64,000 nt of DNA from Escherichia coli (GCF_044324785.1 NZ_CP172127.1); one strand, 5' to 3'. Numbered from the stretch's first letter, positions 52,319 to 59,927 are shown. Translations and numbers: made by a program. Notes: a model not told the origin generated them from the sequence alone.

Positions 52319-52914
52319 TGATGCCTGCTGAACCTAAAACCTATAAACGCAAATCAACGCAATTTAAGCCGCTCACAGCAATGCAGGAGGCTTATTGCCA
52401 GTCATACATCAAAACGCCTGAAAACCAGACTCAGGCAGCGATTAACGCAGGATTCTCCCCAAATACAGCGGCAGTTAAAGCCAGTGTCATGATGCGCGAT
52501 GAACGCATTCAAAAACGGATTGCCGAGTTGATGGAGGAGCGCAACAAACGAATGCGCGTCAGTGCTGATTACGTTCTCATGCGCTTGGTGGAGATCGACC
52601 AGATGGACGTGATCGATATCCTCAACGACGATGGGAGCCTTAAACCAATCCGTGAGTGGCCGAAAATCTGGCGCACTACGCTTAGTGGCTTTGATCTGTC
52701 ATCGACCATCATGAACATGAACGAGGATTCGATAGAGACAATCCTCAAAAAAATTAAATGGCCTGACAAGGTGAAGAACCTAGAACTGATTGGTAAGCAC
52801 GTCGACGTCAACGCATTCAAAGAACGCCTGGATGTTAATGTGAATGTGACAATTGCTGATCGCATAGCGGCAGCCAGGAAACGACTCAAAGAACGTCAGG
52901 ATGGTAATCAGTGA
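52318..52914 (+). CDS. terS: Terminase small subunit
   Basis: Start at ATG 52318 (MMPAEPKTYKRK). KPLTAMQEAYCQSYIKTPENQTQAAINAGFSPNTAAVKAS is the Terminase_2-type HTH. Overlaps terL by 4 nt. Confidence 0.8.
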   Translation: MMPAEPKTYKRKSTQFKPLTAMQEAYCQSYIKTPENQTQAAINAGFSPNTAAVKASVMMRDERIQKRIAELMEERNKRMRVSADYVLMRLVEIDQMDVIDILNDDGSLKPIREWPKIWRTTLSGFDLSSTIMNMNEDSIETILKKIKWPDKVKNLELIGKHVDVNAFKERLDVNVNVTIADRIAAARKRLKERQDGNQ

Positions 52915-54386
52915 CAGATGCAGCGTTATCTCCTGAAGAGCAGTTGATCGAGGATATTGCAGGGTTCACTCACGATCCGCTTGGCTATGCCCTCTATGCG
53001 TTCCCGTGGGGGGAAGAGGGGACTGAACTGGCACATGCCACCGGTCCACGTCAGTGGCAGGCTGATGCGTTCCGAGAGATACGTGATCACCTGCAGAATC
53101 CAGAGACGCGCTATCAGCCGCTTATGCTGGCACGCGCTTCTGGTCACGGTATTGGTAAATCCGCATTCATCTCAATGCTGATCAACTGGGGCATGTCCAC
53201 TTGCGAGGATTGTAAGGTCGTGGTGACCGCCAACACCGACAACCAGCTACGAACGAAGACCTGGCCGGAAATTATCAAGTGGTCGAACCTTGCTATCACG
53301 AAAGACTGGTTTACCTGTACCGCTACCGCGATGTACAGCAATGATCCTGGACACGACAAGCGGTGGCGAGCTGACGCAATCCCCTGGTCTGAGCACAACA
53401 CTGAGGCATTCGCCGGACTACACAACGAGCGCAAACGCATCATCGTGGTATTCGATGAAGCGTCGAACATTGCGGATCTGGTGTGGGAGGTAGCAGAGGG
53501 TGCGCTGACGGACGAAGACACCGAAATCATCTGGGTGGCGTTCGGGAACCCGACGCGTAATACCGGACGTTTCCGCGAATGTTTCCGCAAATATAAACAC
53601 CGCTGGAAAACTGCGCAGATTGACAGCCGGACGGTGGAAGGCACTAACAAACAGCAGTTGCAGAAATGGGTTGATGACTACGGGGAAGACAGCGACTTCG
53701 TTAAAATCCGTGTGCGTGGCATATTCCCTGATGCATCTGAATTGCAGTTTATCCCTACCGGTCTTACTGACGAGGCAATGAAACGGGTGGTAACCGCTGC
53801 GCAGGTTGCACATGCTCCGGTGATAATCGGCGTTGACCCGGCATACTCCGGCGTTGATGACGCTGTGATATACCTGCGGCAGGGGCTGCACAGTAAGGTG
53901 CTATGGACTGGTAACAAGACCACCGACGATCTGATTATGGCGAAGCGTATCGCTGACTTTGAAGACCAGTATCAGGCTGACGCAGTGTTCATCGACTTTG
54001 GTTACGGTACCGGTCTGAAGTCAATCGGTGACGGCTGGGGTCGTACATGGCAACTTGTTCCGTTCGGCGGTGCGTCTACTGACCCGCAGATGCTCAATAA
54101 GCGCGGGGAGATGTTCAATGCATGCAAGACATGGCTGAGGCTGGGCGGCATGCTGGATGACCAGGAAACAGCGGACGACCTGTCGGCGGCAGAGTACAAA
54201 GTTCGAGTGGACGGTAAAATCGTTATCGAACCGAAGGAAGATATCAAAGAGCGGCTTGGGCGTTCTCCTGGTAAAGGCGATGCGCTACTGCTGACGTTTG
54301 CGTTCCCTGTGTCGAAGCGTCTGCGAATTCCCGGGCAGCAGAACCAGCAAGGCAAGGCCATCACAGATTACGATCCCTATGCTTAA
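52911..54386 (+). CDS. terL: Terminase large subunit
   Basis: 491 aa; Walker A ARASGHGIGKSAF; Walker B-like IIVVFDEAS; position after terS. Confidence 0.9.
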   Translation: MTDAALSPEEQLIEDIAGFTHDPLGYALYAFPWGEEGTELAHATGPRQWQADAFREIRDHLQNPETRYQPLMLARASGHGIGKSAFISMLINWGMSTCEDCKVVVTANTDNQLRTKTWPEIIKWSNLAITKDWFTCTATAMYSNDPGHDKRWRADAIPWSEHNTEAFAGLHNERKRIIVVFDEASNIADLVWEVAEGALTDEDTEIIWVAFGNPTRNTGRFRECFRKYKHRWKTAQIDSRTVEGTNKQQLQKWVDDYGEDSDFVKIRVRGIFPDASELQFIPTGLTDEAMKRVVTAAQVAHAPVIIGVDPAYSGVDDAVIYLRQGLHSKVLWTGNKTTDDLIMAKRIADFEDQYQADAVFIDFGYGTGLKSIGDGWGRTWQLVPFGGASTDPQMLNKRGEMFNACKTWLRLGGMLDDQETADDLSAAEYKVRVDGKIVIEPKEDIKERLGRSPGKGDALLLTFAFPVSKRLRIPGQQNQQGKAITDYDPYA

Positions 54387-54431
54387 TCCTCTGGTGGGGA
54401 TAATGTCGTTGATATCCTCTGGTGAGGATAA
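54386..54431. repeat. Two 18-nt direct repeats ATCCTCTGGTG(G/A)GGATAA, each a small hairpin
   Basis: Copies at 54386-54403 and 54414-54431 (17/18 identical). The second folds as tatcctc-tggt-gaggata. Confidence 0.6.
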
Positions 54432-54436
54432 AACAA

Positions 54437-54456
54437 AGCCAGCTCATAGGCTGGCT
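54437..54456. terminator. Bidirectional terminator between terL (+) and the gp49-like gene (-)
   Basis: agccagc-tcatag-gctggct; T-rich on the minus side (ttgtttt), gttt on the plus side. Confidence 0.6.
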
Positions 54457-54470
54457 GTTTGTGACATGTC

Positions 54471-54482
54471 ACGGTGTTATTG
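54471..54482. promoter_or_regulatory. 12-bp perfect palindrome GTGACATGTCAC, copy 2
   Basis: Identical to 52196-52207; overlaps the stop of the gp49-like gene. Confidence 0.4.
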
Positions 54483-54833
54483 CTCGCTTAACTTCTGCTT
54501 CAGCAAGTAACCTTCAAGCATCCAGATTTTGTTTACAGCATTCTGCCGGGCAATCTTCCGACCAATTTCTGCATCAAAGTTTTCCGGGCTTGCACAGGCA
54601 CTCTCTCCGGTAACGGTGAAGCCATTCTTCAGTACCAATACGCAGAAAGTCAGGAGGTCTGTAGATTTATGCGCTACCCATGAATCGCCAACGCCCATAT
54701 TGGCAGCACGAATGCCGTCATAAGCAGTAAAGAAATGCTCTTCAAGAATGATGCTTTCGATATATTGAGGCGTAACTCGCGGAGCGGTTTTGCCTTTCTC
54801 AACGATTTCTTTTTCGATTTGCTGGTCGTTCAT
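54477..54833 (-). CDS. N4 gp49 / Sf6 gp66-family phage protein
   Basis: 118 aa; LTFCVLVLKNGFTVTGESACASPENFDAEIGRKIARQNAVNKIW matches my memory of that family. Opposite strand to the flanking late genes. Confidence 0.65.
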   Translation of the reverse strand: MNDQQIEKEIVEKGKTAPRVTPQYIESIILEEHFFTAYDGIRAANMGVGDSWVAHKSTDLLTFCVLVLKNGFTVTGESACASPENFDAEIGRKIARQNAVNKIWMLEGYLLKQKLSEQ

Positions 54834-54844
54834 AATCTCACCTT

Positions 54845-54868
54845 AAAAAAATGCCCGGCGAACCGGGC
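54845..54868 (-). terminator. Intrinsic terminator abutting the gp49-like RBS
   Basis: Minus strand gcccgg-ttcg-ccgggc + attttttt, then AAGGTGAG-att-ATG. Confidence 0.6.
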
Positions 54869-54944
54869 GAACTGGAAGCAATGAGTTATGCCTTCCGTGG
54901 CTGTACTGGTTTACAGCATGAAGTCATCGCAATGGCGTCGTGCT

Positions 54945-54988
54945 GTAAAAAGGGCGGTGATAGTCCTTCAAGGGAAACCATCACCGCC
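54945..54988 (-). terminator. Intrinsic terminator downstream of the tRNA
   Basis: Minus strand ggcggtgat-N18-atcaccgcc followed by cttttta. Confidence 0.6.
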
Positions 54989-55031
54989 AAGCCCCTGGAA
55001 CTTCTGGCATCACGGTCCTTAGGCGTGATTC

Positions 55032-55108
55032 TGGCGTGGCATGCAGGATTCGAACCTGCGACCAACCGCTTAGAAGGCGGTTGCTCTGTCCGACTGAGCT
55101 AATGCCAC
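55032..55108 (-). tRNA. tRNA-Arg (anticodon UCU), phage-encoded, CCA encoded
   Basis: Hand-folded cloverleaf: GTGGCAT/ATGCCAC acceptor, GCTC/GAGC D stem, ACCGC-CTTCTAA-GCGGT anticodon arm, GCAGG-TTCGAAT-CCTGC T arm, G-CCA. Confidence 0.9.
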
Positions 55109-55430
55109 AACGCTGAGAGCACTTAGCCTGTTAAGGCGCCACACTTTGTCGCGGCTCCATAAATGCTCTCATCGTTGTACCCTCGTCTCTTCCGAGGCGT
55201 CACACCGAATCGCCGGGATGGTGAATCCCCGTGCGCGGAATAAAACCGCTCGACTTGCACATTCCGGCTACCTGGTTCGTTTGCCCGAGCAAGGGAGGGT
55301 GCCCCTTAAACGTATCCAGACCGCTATCGGCGCATGTGCCATACGCCGTACTGCTCAAAATAAAAGCTCACTCCACCTGTTTAATTTAACGACAAGCCAG
55401 TCAGGTTAGTAACCAGAATGAGCTCTTTAG
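55109..55430 (-). ncRNA. Unassigned ~320-nt GC-rich leader between promoter and tRNA (candidate structured RNA)
   Basis: No convincing ORF. Contains an 11-bp helix gagagcattta/taagtgctctc (55118-55128 / 55163-55173) and several local hairpins. Bounded by a sigma70-like promoter and the tRNA. Confidence 0.3.
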
Positions 55431-55445
55431 TTACCCGAAAGGTAA
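55431..55445. promoter_or_regulatory. Operator-like palindrome TTACCcgaaaGGTAA (perfect)
   Basis: Read directly; overlaps the -10 of the minus-strand tRNA-cassette promoter. Confidence 0.55.
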
Positions 55446-55467
55446 TAATTCACGCGTTAAATGTCAA
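55439..55467 (-). promoter_or_regulatory. Promoter candidate for the leader-tRNA unit
   Basis: Minus strand TTGACA (55467-55462), 17 nt, TACCTT (55444-55439). Confidence 0.4.
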
Positions 55468-55535
55468 CCTTCTACGATAAATAAATCATATGTGGTTAAA
55501 TTGGTAATAATTTAATTGCGTACGGAGTCATTGAT

Positions 55536-55742
55536 ATGTGCATGGGTAGCTCACCATCAGTGCCTGCAACACCAGAAGTTCAGGCAGCACCACAGGAGCA
55601 GGATGCCGCCGTTGTTGATGCCCGCGACGAAGAAACACGTCGCCGTCGCGCTGCTGCTGGTCGTAGTTCTACGCTGCTTACCGGTTCTCAGGGCGACACA
55701 TCAACCGCTAATACCAGCGGTAAAACGCTGCTTGGTCAGTAA
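55536..55742 (+). CDS. Small hypothetical protein preceding the portal gene
   Basis: 68 aa, low complexity (MCMGSSPSVPATPEVQAAPQ...). Its RBS context cggagtcattgatATG is nearly identical to that of the portal gene. Confidence 0.45.
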   Translation: MCMGSSPSVPATPEVQAAPQEQDAAVVDARDEETRRRRAAAGRSSTLLTGSQGDTSTANTSGKTLLGQ

Positions 55743-55756
55743 CCGGAGTCATTGAA

Positions 55757-57436
55757 ATGGCGGAAACAACTAAAGAGCGATTGAACAAACAGTTCGCACA
55801 ACTTGAAAGCGAGCGTCAGTCGTTCGAGCCGCACTGGCGCGAGTTGAGTGATTACATCAACCCGCGTGGTTCCCGCTTTCTGACTTCTGAGGTCAACCGT
55901 AACGATCGACGCAATACACGTATTATTGATTCGACCGGGACTATGGCGGCGCGCACTCTCGCCAGCGGCATGATGTCAGGCATCACAAGCCCCGCGCGTC
56001 CGTGGTTTCGCCTGGCTACGCCAGATCCTGAAATGATGGATTATGGCCCTGTTAAGTTGTGGCTTGAGGCGGTGCAGAACCGCATGAACGATATGTTCAA
56101 TAAGTCGAATCTCTACCAGTCTCTTCCGCAGTTATACGGAAGCCTCGGCACATACAGCACCGGTGCAATGGCGGTACTGGAGGATGACGAGGACATCATT
56201 CGCACAATGCCATTCCCGATAGGCAGTTACTACCTGGCTAACTCACCTCGTGGCAGTGTTGACACCTGTTTTCGCAAGTTCTCTATGACTGTTCGTCAGC
56301 TTGTTCAGGAGTTCGGGCTAAATAACGTCAGCGAATCCGTAAAAAGCATGTGGGAAAGCGGCACCTACGAGAAGTGGATCGAAGTGATGCATTCGGTTTA
56401 CCCGAACATTGACCGCGATACATCGAAGCTGGATAGCAAGAACAAGCCATTCAAATCGGTTTATTACGAGGTTGGTGGCGATAACGACAAGTTGTTGCGT
56501 GAGTCCGGATTCGATGAGTTTCCAATTATGGCTCCGCGCTGGGAAGTTAATGGCGAAGATGTTTATGGATCATCATGCCCGGGTATGCTGGCGCTTGGAC
56601 CTGTTAAGGCATTGCAGCTTCTCCAGAAGCGCAAGTCGCAGTTGATTGATAAAGCCACCAATCCGCCGATGGTTGCTCCGACTTCCCTCAAGAATCAGCG
56701 TGCCTCCCTTCTTCCTGGCGACATCACGTATATCGATCAGATTACTGGTCAGGATGGCTTCAGGCCTGCTTATCTGGTTAACCCCAGTACAGCAGATTTG
56801 GTGGCAGACATTCAGGACACTCGTCAAATCATTAACAGCGCCTACTTCGTCGATCTGTTCATGATGTTGCAGAACATCAATACCCGCTCAATGCCTGTTG
56901 AAGCGGTGATCGAAATGAAAGAAGAAAAGCTTCTGATGTTGGGGCCGGTTCTGGAGCGTCTGAACGACGAATGTCTTAATCCTCTCATTGACCGCGCTTT
57001 CTCGATGATGGTGCGTAAAAACATGCTGCCGCCACCGCCTGACGCGATGGAAGGCATGCCCCTGAAGGTCGAATACATTTCCGTCATGGCTCAGGCGCAG
57101 AAGTCTATCGGCCTGTCCAGTCTGGCGTCCACGGTTAACTTCATTGGTCAACTTGCGCAAGCGAAACCAGAAGCTCTCGACAAACTCAACGTTGATCAGG
57201 CGATCGATGCATTCGCTGATATGTCCGGAGTGTCTCCAACCGTCATTGTTCCGCAGGAACAGGTTGAGCAGGCTCGCCAGCAACGGGCACAGCAGCAACA
57301 GCAGCAACAAATGATGGCGATGGGGATGGCGGCGGCACAGGGTGCCAAGACGCTAAGCGAAGCTAAAACTTCGGATCCGAGTGTTTTGTCAGCTATGGCG
57401 AATGCAGTTAGTGGTCAGGGTGGGCAATCACAATGA
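55757..57436 (+). CDS. Portal (head-to-tail connector) protein, podovirus type
   Basis: 559 aa; the N-terminus ERLNKQFAQLESERQSFEPHWRELSDYINPRGSRF resembles T7/BPP-1-type connectors; Gln-rich tail; position before scaffold and capsid. Confidence 0.8.
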   Translation: MAETTKERLNKQFAQLESERQSFEPHWRELSDYINPRGSRFLTSEVNRNDRRNTRIIDSTGTMAARTLASGMMSGITSPARPWFRLATPDPEMMDYGPVKLWLEAVQNRMNDMFNKSNLYQSLPQLYGSLGTYSTGAMAVLEDDEDIIRTMPFPIGSYYLANSPRGSVDTCFRKFSMTVRQLVQEFGLNNVSESVKSMWESGTYEKWIEVMHSVYPNIDRDTSKLDSKNKPFKSVYYEVGGDNDKLLRESGFDEFPIMAPRWEVNGEDVYGSSCPGMLALGPVKALQLLQKRKSQLIDKATNPPMVAPTSLKNQRASLLPGDITYIDQITGQDGFRPAYLVNPSTADLVADIQDTRQIINSAYFVDLFMMLQNINTRSMPVEAVIEMKEEKLLMLGPVLERLNDECLNPLIDRAFSMMVRKNMLPPPPDAMEGMPLKVEYISVMAQAQKSIGLSSLASTVNFIGQLAQAKPEALDKLNVDQAIDAFADMSGVSPTVIVPQEQVEQARQQRAQQQQQQQMMAMGMAAAQGAKTLSEAKTSDPSVLSAMANAVSGQGGQSQ

Positions 57437-57729
57437 CAGATTACGAAGACGATCAACTGAAAGAAGAAAACGCCCGTAAGCAACGTGACATGGCACAGCG
57501 TGAAATTGATGACATTCGCTTTGTCATGAGCAGTGAACAGGGGCGTCGCGTTGTCTGGTCGGTGCTGGAGAAAGGCCGTGTGTTTTCCGCTATCTCACCG
57601 ATGGACGCTATGGCAATGGCATTTAATGAGGGGCAACGCAATCTGGCGCTGGAACTGTTTCAGCGCGTTATGGCGCATTGCCCTGAACAGTATTTGAAGA
57701 TGGCCAAAGAGGCCAGTGAACAGGAGTGA
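57433..57729 (+). CDS. Small head-module protein (Bbp19-like by eye)
   Basis: 98 aa; 4-nt overlap with the portal gene; GRRVVWSVLEKGRVF...NEGQRNLALELF. Confidence 0.5.
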   Translation: MTDYEDDQLKEENARKQRDMAQREIDDIRFVMSSEQGRRVVWSVLEKGRVFSAISPMDAMAMAFNEGQRNLALELFQRVMAHCPEQYLKMAKEASEQE

Positions 57730-57731
57730 TC

Positions 57732-58427
57732 ATGAATTTATTTGAGCGTTTGCTGTATAGCCGTCTTTGCAATGAGCAACCAGTCGATGGTGGAGCAGCT
57801 CCGGCTGCGTCAGAACCGTCAGCGCCTGCAGGTGATAACCCTGCTCCAGTTGGTGATCCATCACAACAGGAAGGTGATAAGCCACAACCTGTTGCTGATG
57901 GCGATAAACCTGCTGATGACAAAAAGCCTGAAAACGATAAGCAGGATGAAAAAAAGGACGGCGATAAACCAGAGGGTGCGCCTGAGAAGTACGAGTTTCA
58001 GGCTGCCGAAGGCGTAGAGCTGGATACAGAAGCGTTGAAGGAATTCGAGCCGGTGGCGCGAGAACTTAACCTGACCAACGAGCAAGCGCAAAAGCTGGTT
58101 GATGCTTATCCGAAGATTCTGGCAGGTGTTCAGCAGCGCCAGGCAGAAGCCTGGCAGAAAACAACCGAGCAGTGGGCTGCGGATGTAAAAGCTGACAAAG
58201 AAATCGGTGGCGACAAGTTGATTTCTAACCTTAGCGCCGCACAGCGTGCGCTTGACCAGTTCGGGACACCTGAACTCAAAGAATATCTGAACACCACCGG
58301 GCTGGGTAATCACCCTGATCTGGTCAAAACGTTCGTGAAAATCGGAAAGGCGATGTCTGAAGATGGCATGGTCACCGGTGGTAATGAAGGCCAGCGTAGT
58401 GCGGCCGAAGTGCTCTATGGCAAATAA
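57732..58427 (+). CDS. Scaffolding protein candidate
   Basis: Acidic, Pro/Asp/Lys-rich then helical; between portal and major capsid; ATG 57732 behind SD aggag. Confidence 0.6.
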   Translation: MNLFERLLYSRLCNEQPVDGGAAPAASEPSAPAGDNPAPVGDPSQQEGDKPQPVADGDKPADDKKPENDKQDEKKDGDKPEGAPEKYEFQAAEGVELDTEALKEFEPVARELNLTNEQAQKLVDAYPKILAGVQQRQAEAWQKTTEQWAADVKADKEIGGDKLISNLSAAQRALDQFGTPELKEYLNTTGLGNHPDLVKTFVKIGKAMSEDGMVTGGNEGQRSAAEVLYGK

Positions 58428-58435
58428 GAGAGGAA

Positions 58436-59428
58436 ATGACAATGTCTGTTAAAGGCTTAACTGCGCTAACGCTGGCTGACTGGGGTAAGCGCGTCGATCC
58501 AAACGGGAAAGTCGATAAGATTATCGAGCTTCTCGGTCAAACTAACCCGATCCTTCAGGATATGCCTTTTGTCGAAGGGAACCTTCCTACCGGACACCGA
58601 ACCACCATTCGTTCTGGTTTACCTTCAGCTACCTGGCGTTTGCTGAACTATGGCGTACAGCCAAGCAAATCAACCACAGTGCAGGTAACCGATTCCGTTG
58701 GCATGCTGGAAACCTATGCTGAAGTCGATAAGTCACTGGCTGATCTGAACGGCAATACCGCCGAATTCCGCCTGTCTGAAGACCGCGCATTTATTGAAGC
58801 GATGAATCAGCAGATGGCGCAGACGCTGTTTTATGGTGATTCCAGCGTTAACCCTCAGCAGTTTATGGGACTGTCCTCCCGCTATTCCAGCCTGTCTGCG
58901 GGTAATGCTCAGAACATCATTGATGCTGGTGGCACGGGTACAGATAACACCTCAATCTGGTTAGTGGTGTGGGGCGAAAACACCGTGCATGGCATCTTCC
59001 CGAAAGGGCAGAAGGCTGGCATCCAGATGGAAGATAAAGGCCAGGTGACACTGGAAGATGCTAATGGCGGCAAGTACGAAGGCTATCGCACCCATTACAA
59101 ATGGGACAACGGACTTGTTCTGCGTGACTGGCGTTATGTTGTTCGCATTGCAAATATCGATGTCAGCAATCTTTCAGAACCTTCCTCTGCCGCAAATATT
59201 GCGAAGTTGATGGTTAAAGCACTACATCGCATTCCAAACCGTGGCATGGGCCGCCCGGTGTTCTACATGAACCGCACTGTAGGCCAGGATCTTGATCTGC
59301 AGTCTCTGGAGAAAACATCTCTGGCTATCAGCGTAAAAGAGACTGAAGGCGAGTGGTGGACTTCATTCCGTGGTGTACCAATCCGTGAAACTGATGCGCT
59401 TCTGGAAACAGAAGCCCGCGTGGTGTAA
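58436..59428 (+). CDS. Major capsid protein
   Basis: 330 aa; position after the scaffold; followed by a stem-loop (59445-59464); sequence type recalled from BPP-1/epsilon15-like capsids. Confidence 0.8.
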   Translation: MTMSVKGLTALTLADWGKRVDPNGKVDKIIELLGQTNPILQDMPFVEGNLPTGHRTTIRSGLPSATWRLLNYGVQPSKSTTVQVTDSVGMLETYAEVDKSLADLNGNTAEFRLSEDRAFIEAMNQQMAQTLFYGDSSVNPQQFMGLSSRYSSLSAGNAQNIIDAGGTGTDNTSIWLVVWGENTVHGIFPKGQKAGIQMEDKGQVTLEDANGGKYEGYRTHYKWDNGLVLRDWRYVVRIANIDVSNLSEPSSAANIAKLMVKALHRIPNRGMGRPVFYMNRTVGQDLDLQSLEKTSLAISVKETEGEWWTSFRGVPIRETDALLETEARVV

Positions 59429-59479
59429 CGCCTGTTATTAACCTGTGGGTCGTAACAGACCCACTAATGGAGAAAGAAG

Positions 59480-59917
59480 ATGATCACCGACAAACTGTTG
59501 ATGTTCTCCGAAGCTCAGGCGGTTACGAATACCGCGGCTTCTACTGACGTAATCGATCTCGGTCCAATTGACGGAAAACGTCGTGATATCGGCGTGGGTT
59601 ACCCGCTTGAGTTTTGGGTGCTGGTTAACGAAGCCGCCACGGCAAGTGGTGAGGCAACTGTAAACATCCAGTTGCAGACGAGTGAGAATAACAGCTCATG
59701 GACCACTATTTATGATAGTGGTGCACTGGCAAAGACCGCCCTGACAGCAGGTAAACGAGTTGTTTCTGCAAAGGTGCCTGCCGGTGTTCAGCGATATCTG
59801 CGTGTTAACTACTCCGTCGCAACTGGCCCACTAACGGCTGGCGAATTCACTGCGGGTATCAGTCTTGATGTTGATGCCAATACGCCGTATCCGATCCGTT
59901 CAAAAGTAACTGGTTAA
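59480..59917 (+). CDS. Capsid decoration/cement protein candidate (Bbp16-like)
   Basis: 145 aa immediately after the capsid gene; assignment from size, position and a vague family memory. Confidence 0.45.
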   Translation: MITDKLLMFSEAQAVTNTAASTDVIDLGPIDGKRRDIGVGYPLEFWVLVNEAATASGEATVNIQLQTSENNSSWTTIYDSGALAKTALTAGKRVVSAKVPAGVQRYLRVNYSVATGPLTAGEFTAGISLDVDANTPYPIRSKVTG

Positions 59918-59927
59918 GGTGATATCG

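Noticed and set aside
54851-55102. 83-aa plus-strand ORF
   Set aside because: It runs through two minus-strand terminators and most of the tRNA-Arg gene, so it is an artefact.
55200-55260. T-loop-like segment (ggga-ttcacca-tccc) in the leader suggesting a second, degenerate tRNA
   Set aside because: No matching acceptor, D or anticodon arms could be built around it, and position 58 of the would-be T-loop is C rather than A.
55146-55409. 87-codon plus-strand ORF covering the GC-rich leader next to the tRNA
   Set aside because: It needs a TTG start with no convincing SD. The sequence is Arg/Ser/His-rich and low-complexity, and it sits inside a minus-strand promoter-to-terminator unit. I kept it only as the alternative hypothesis to the ncRNA idea.
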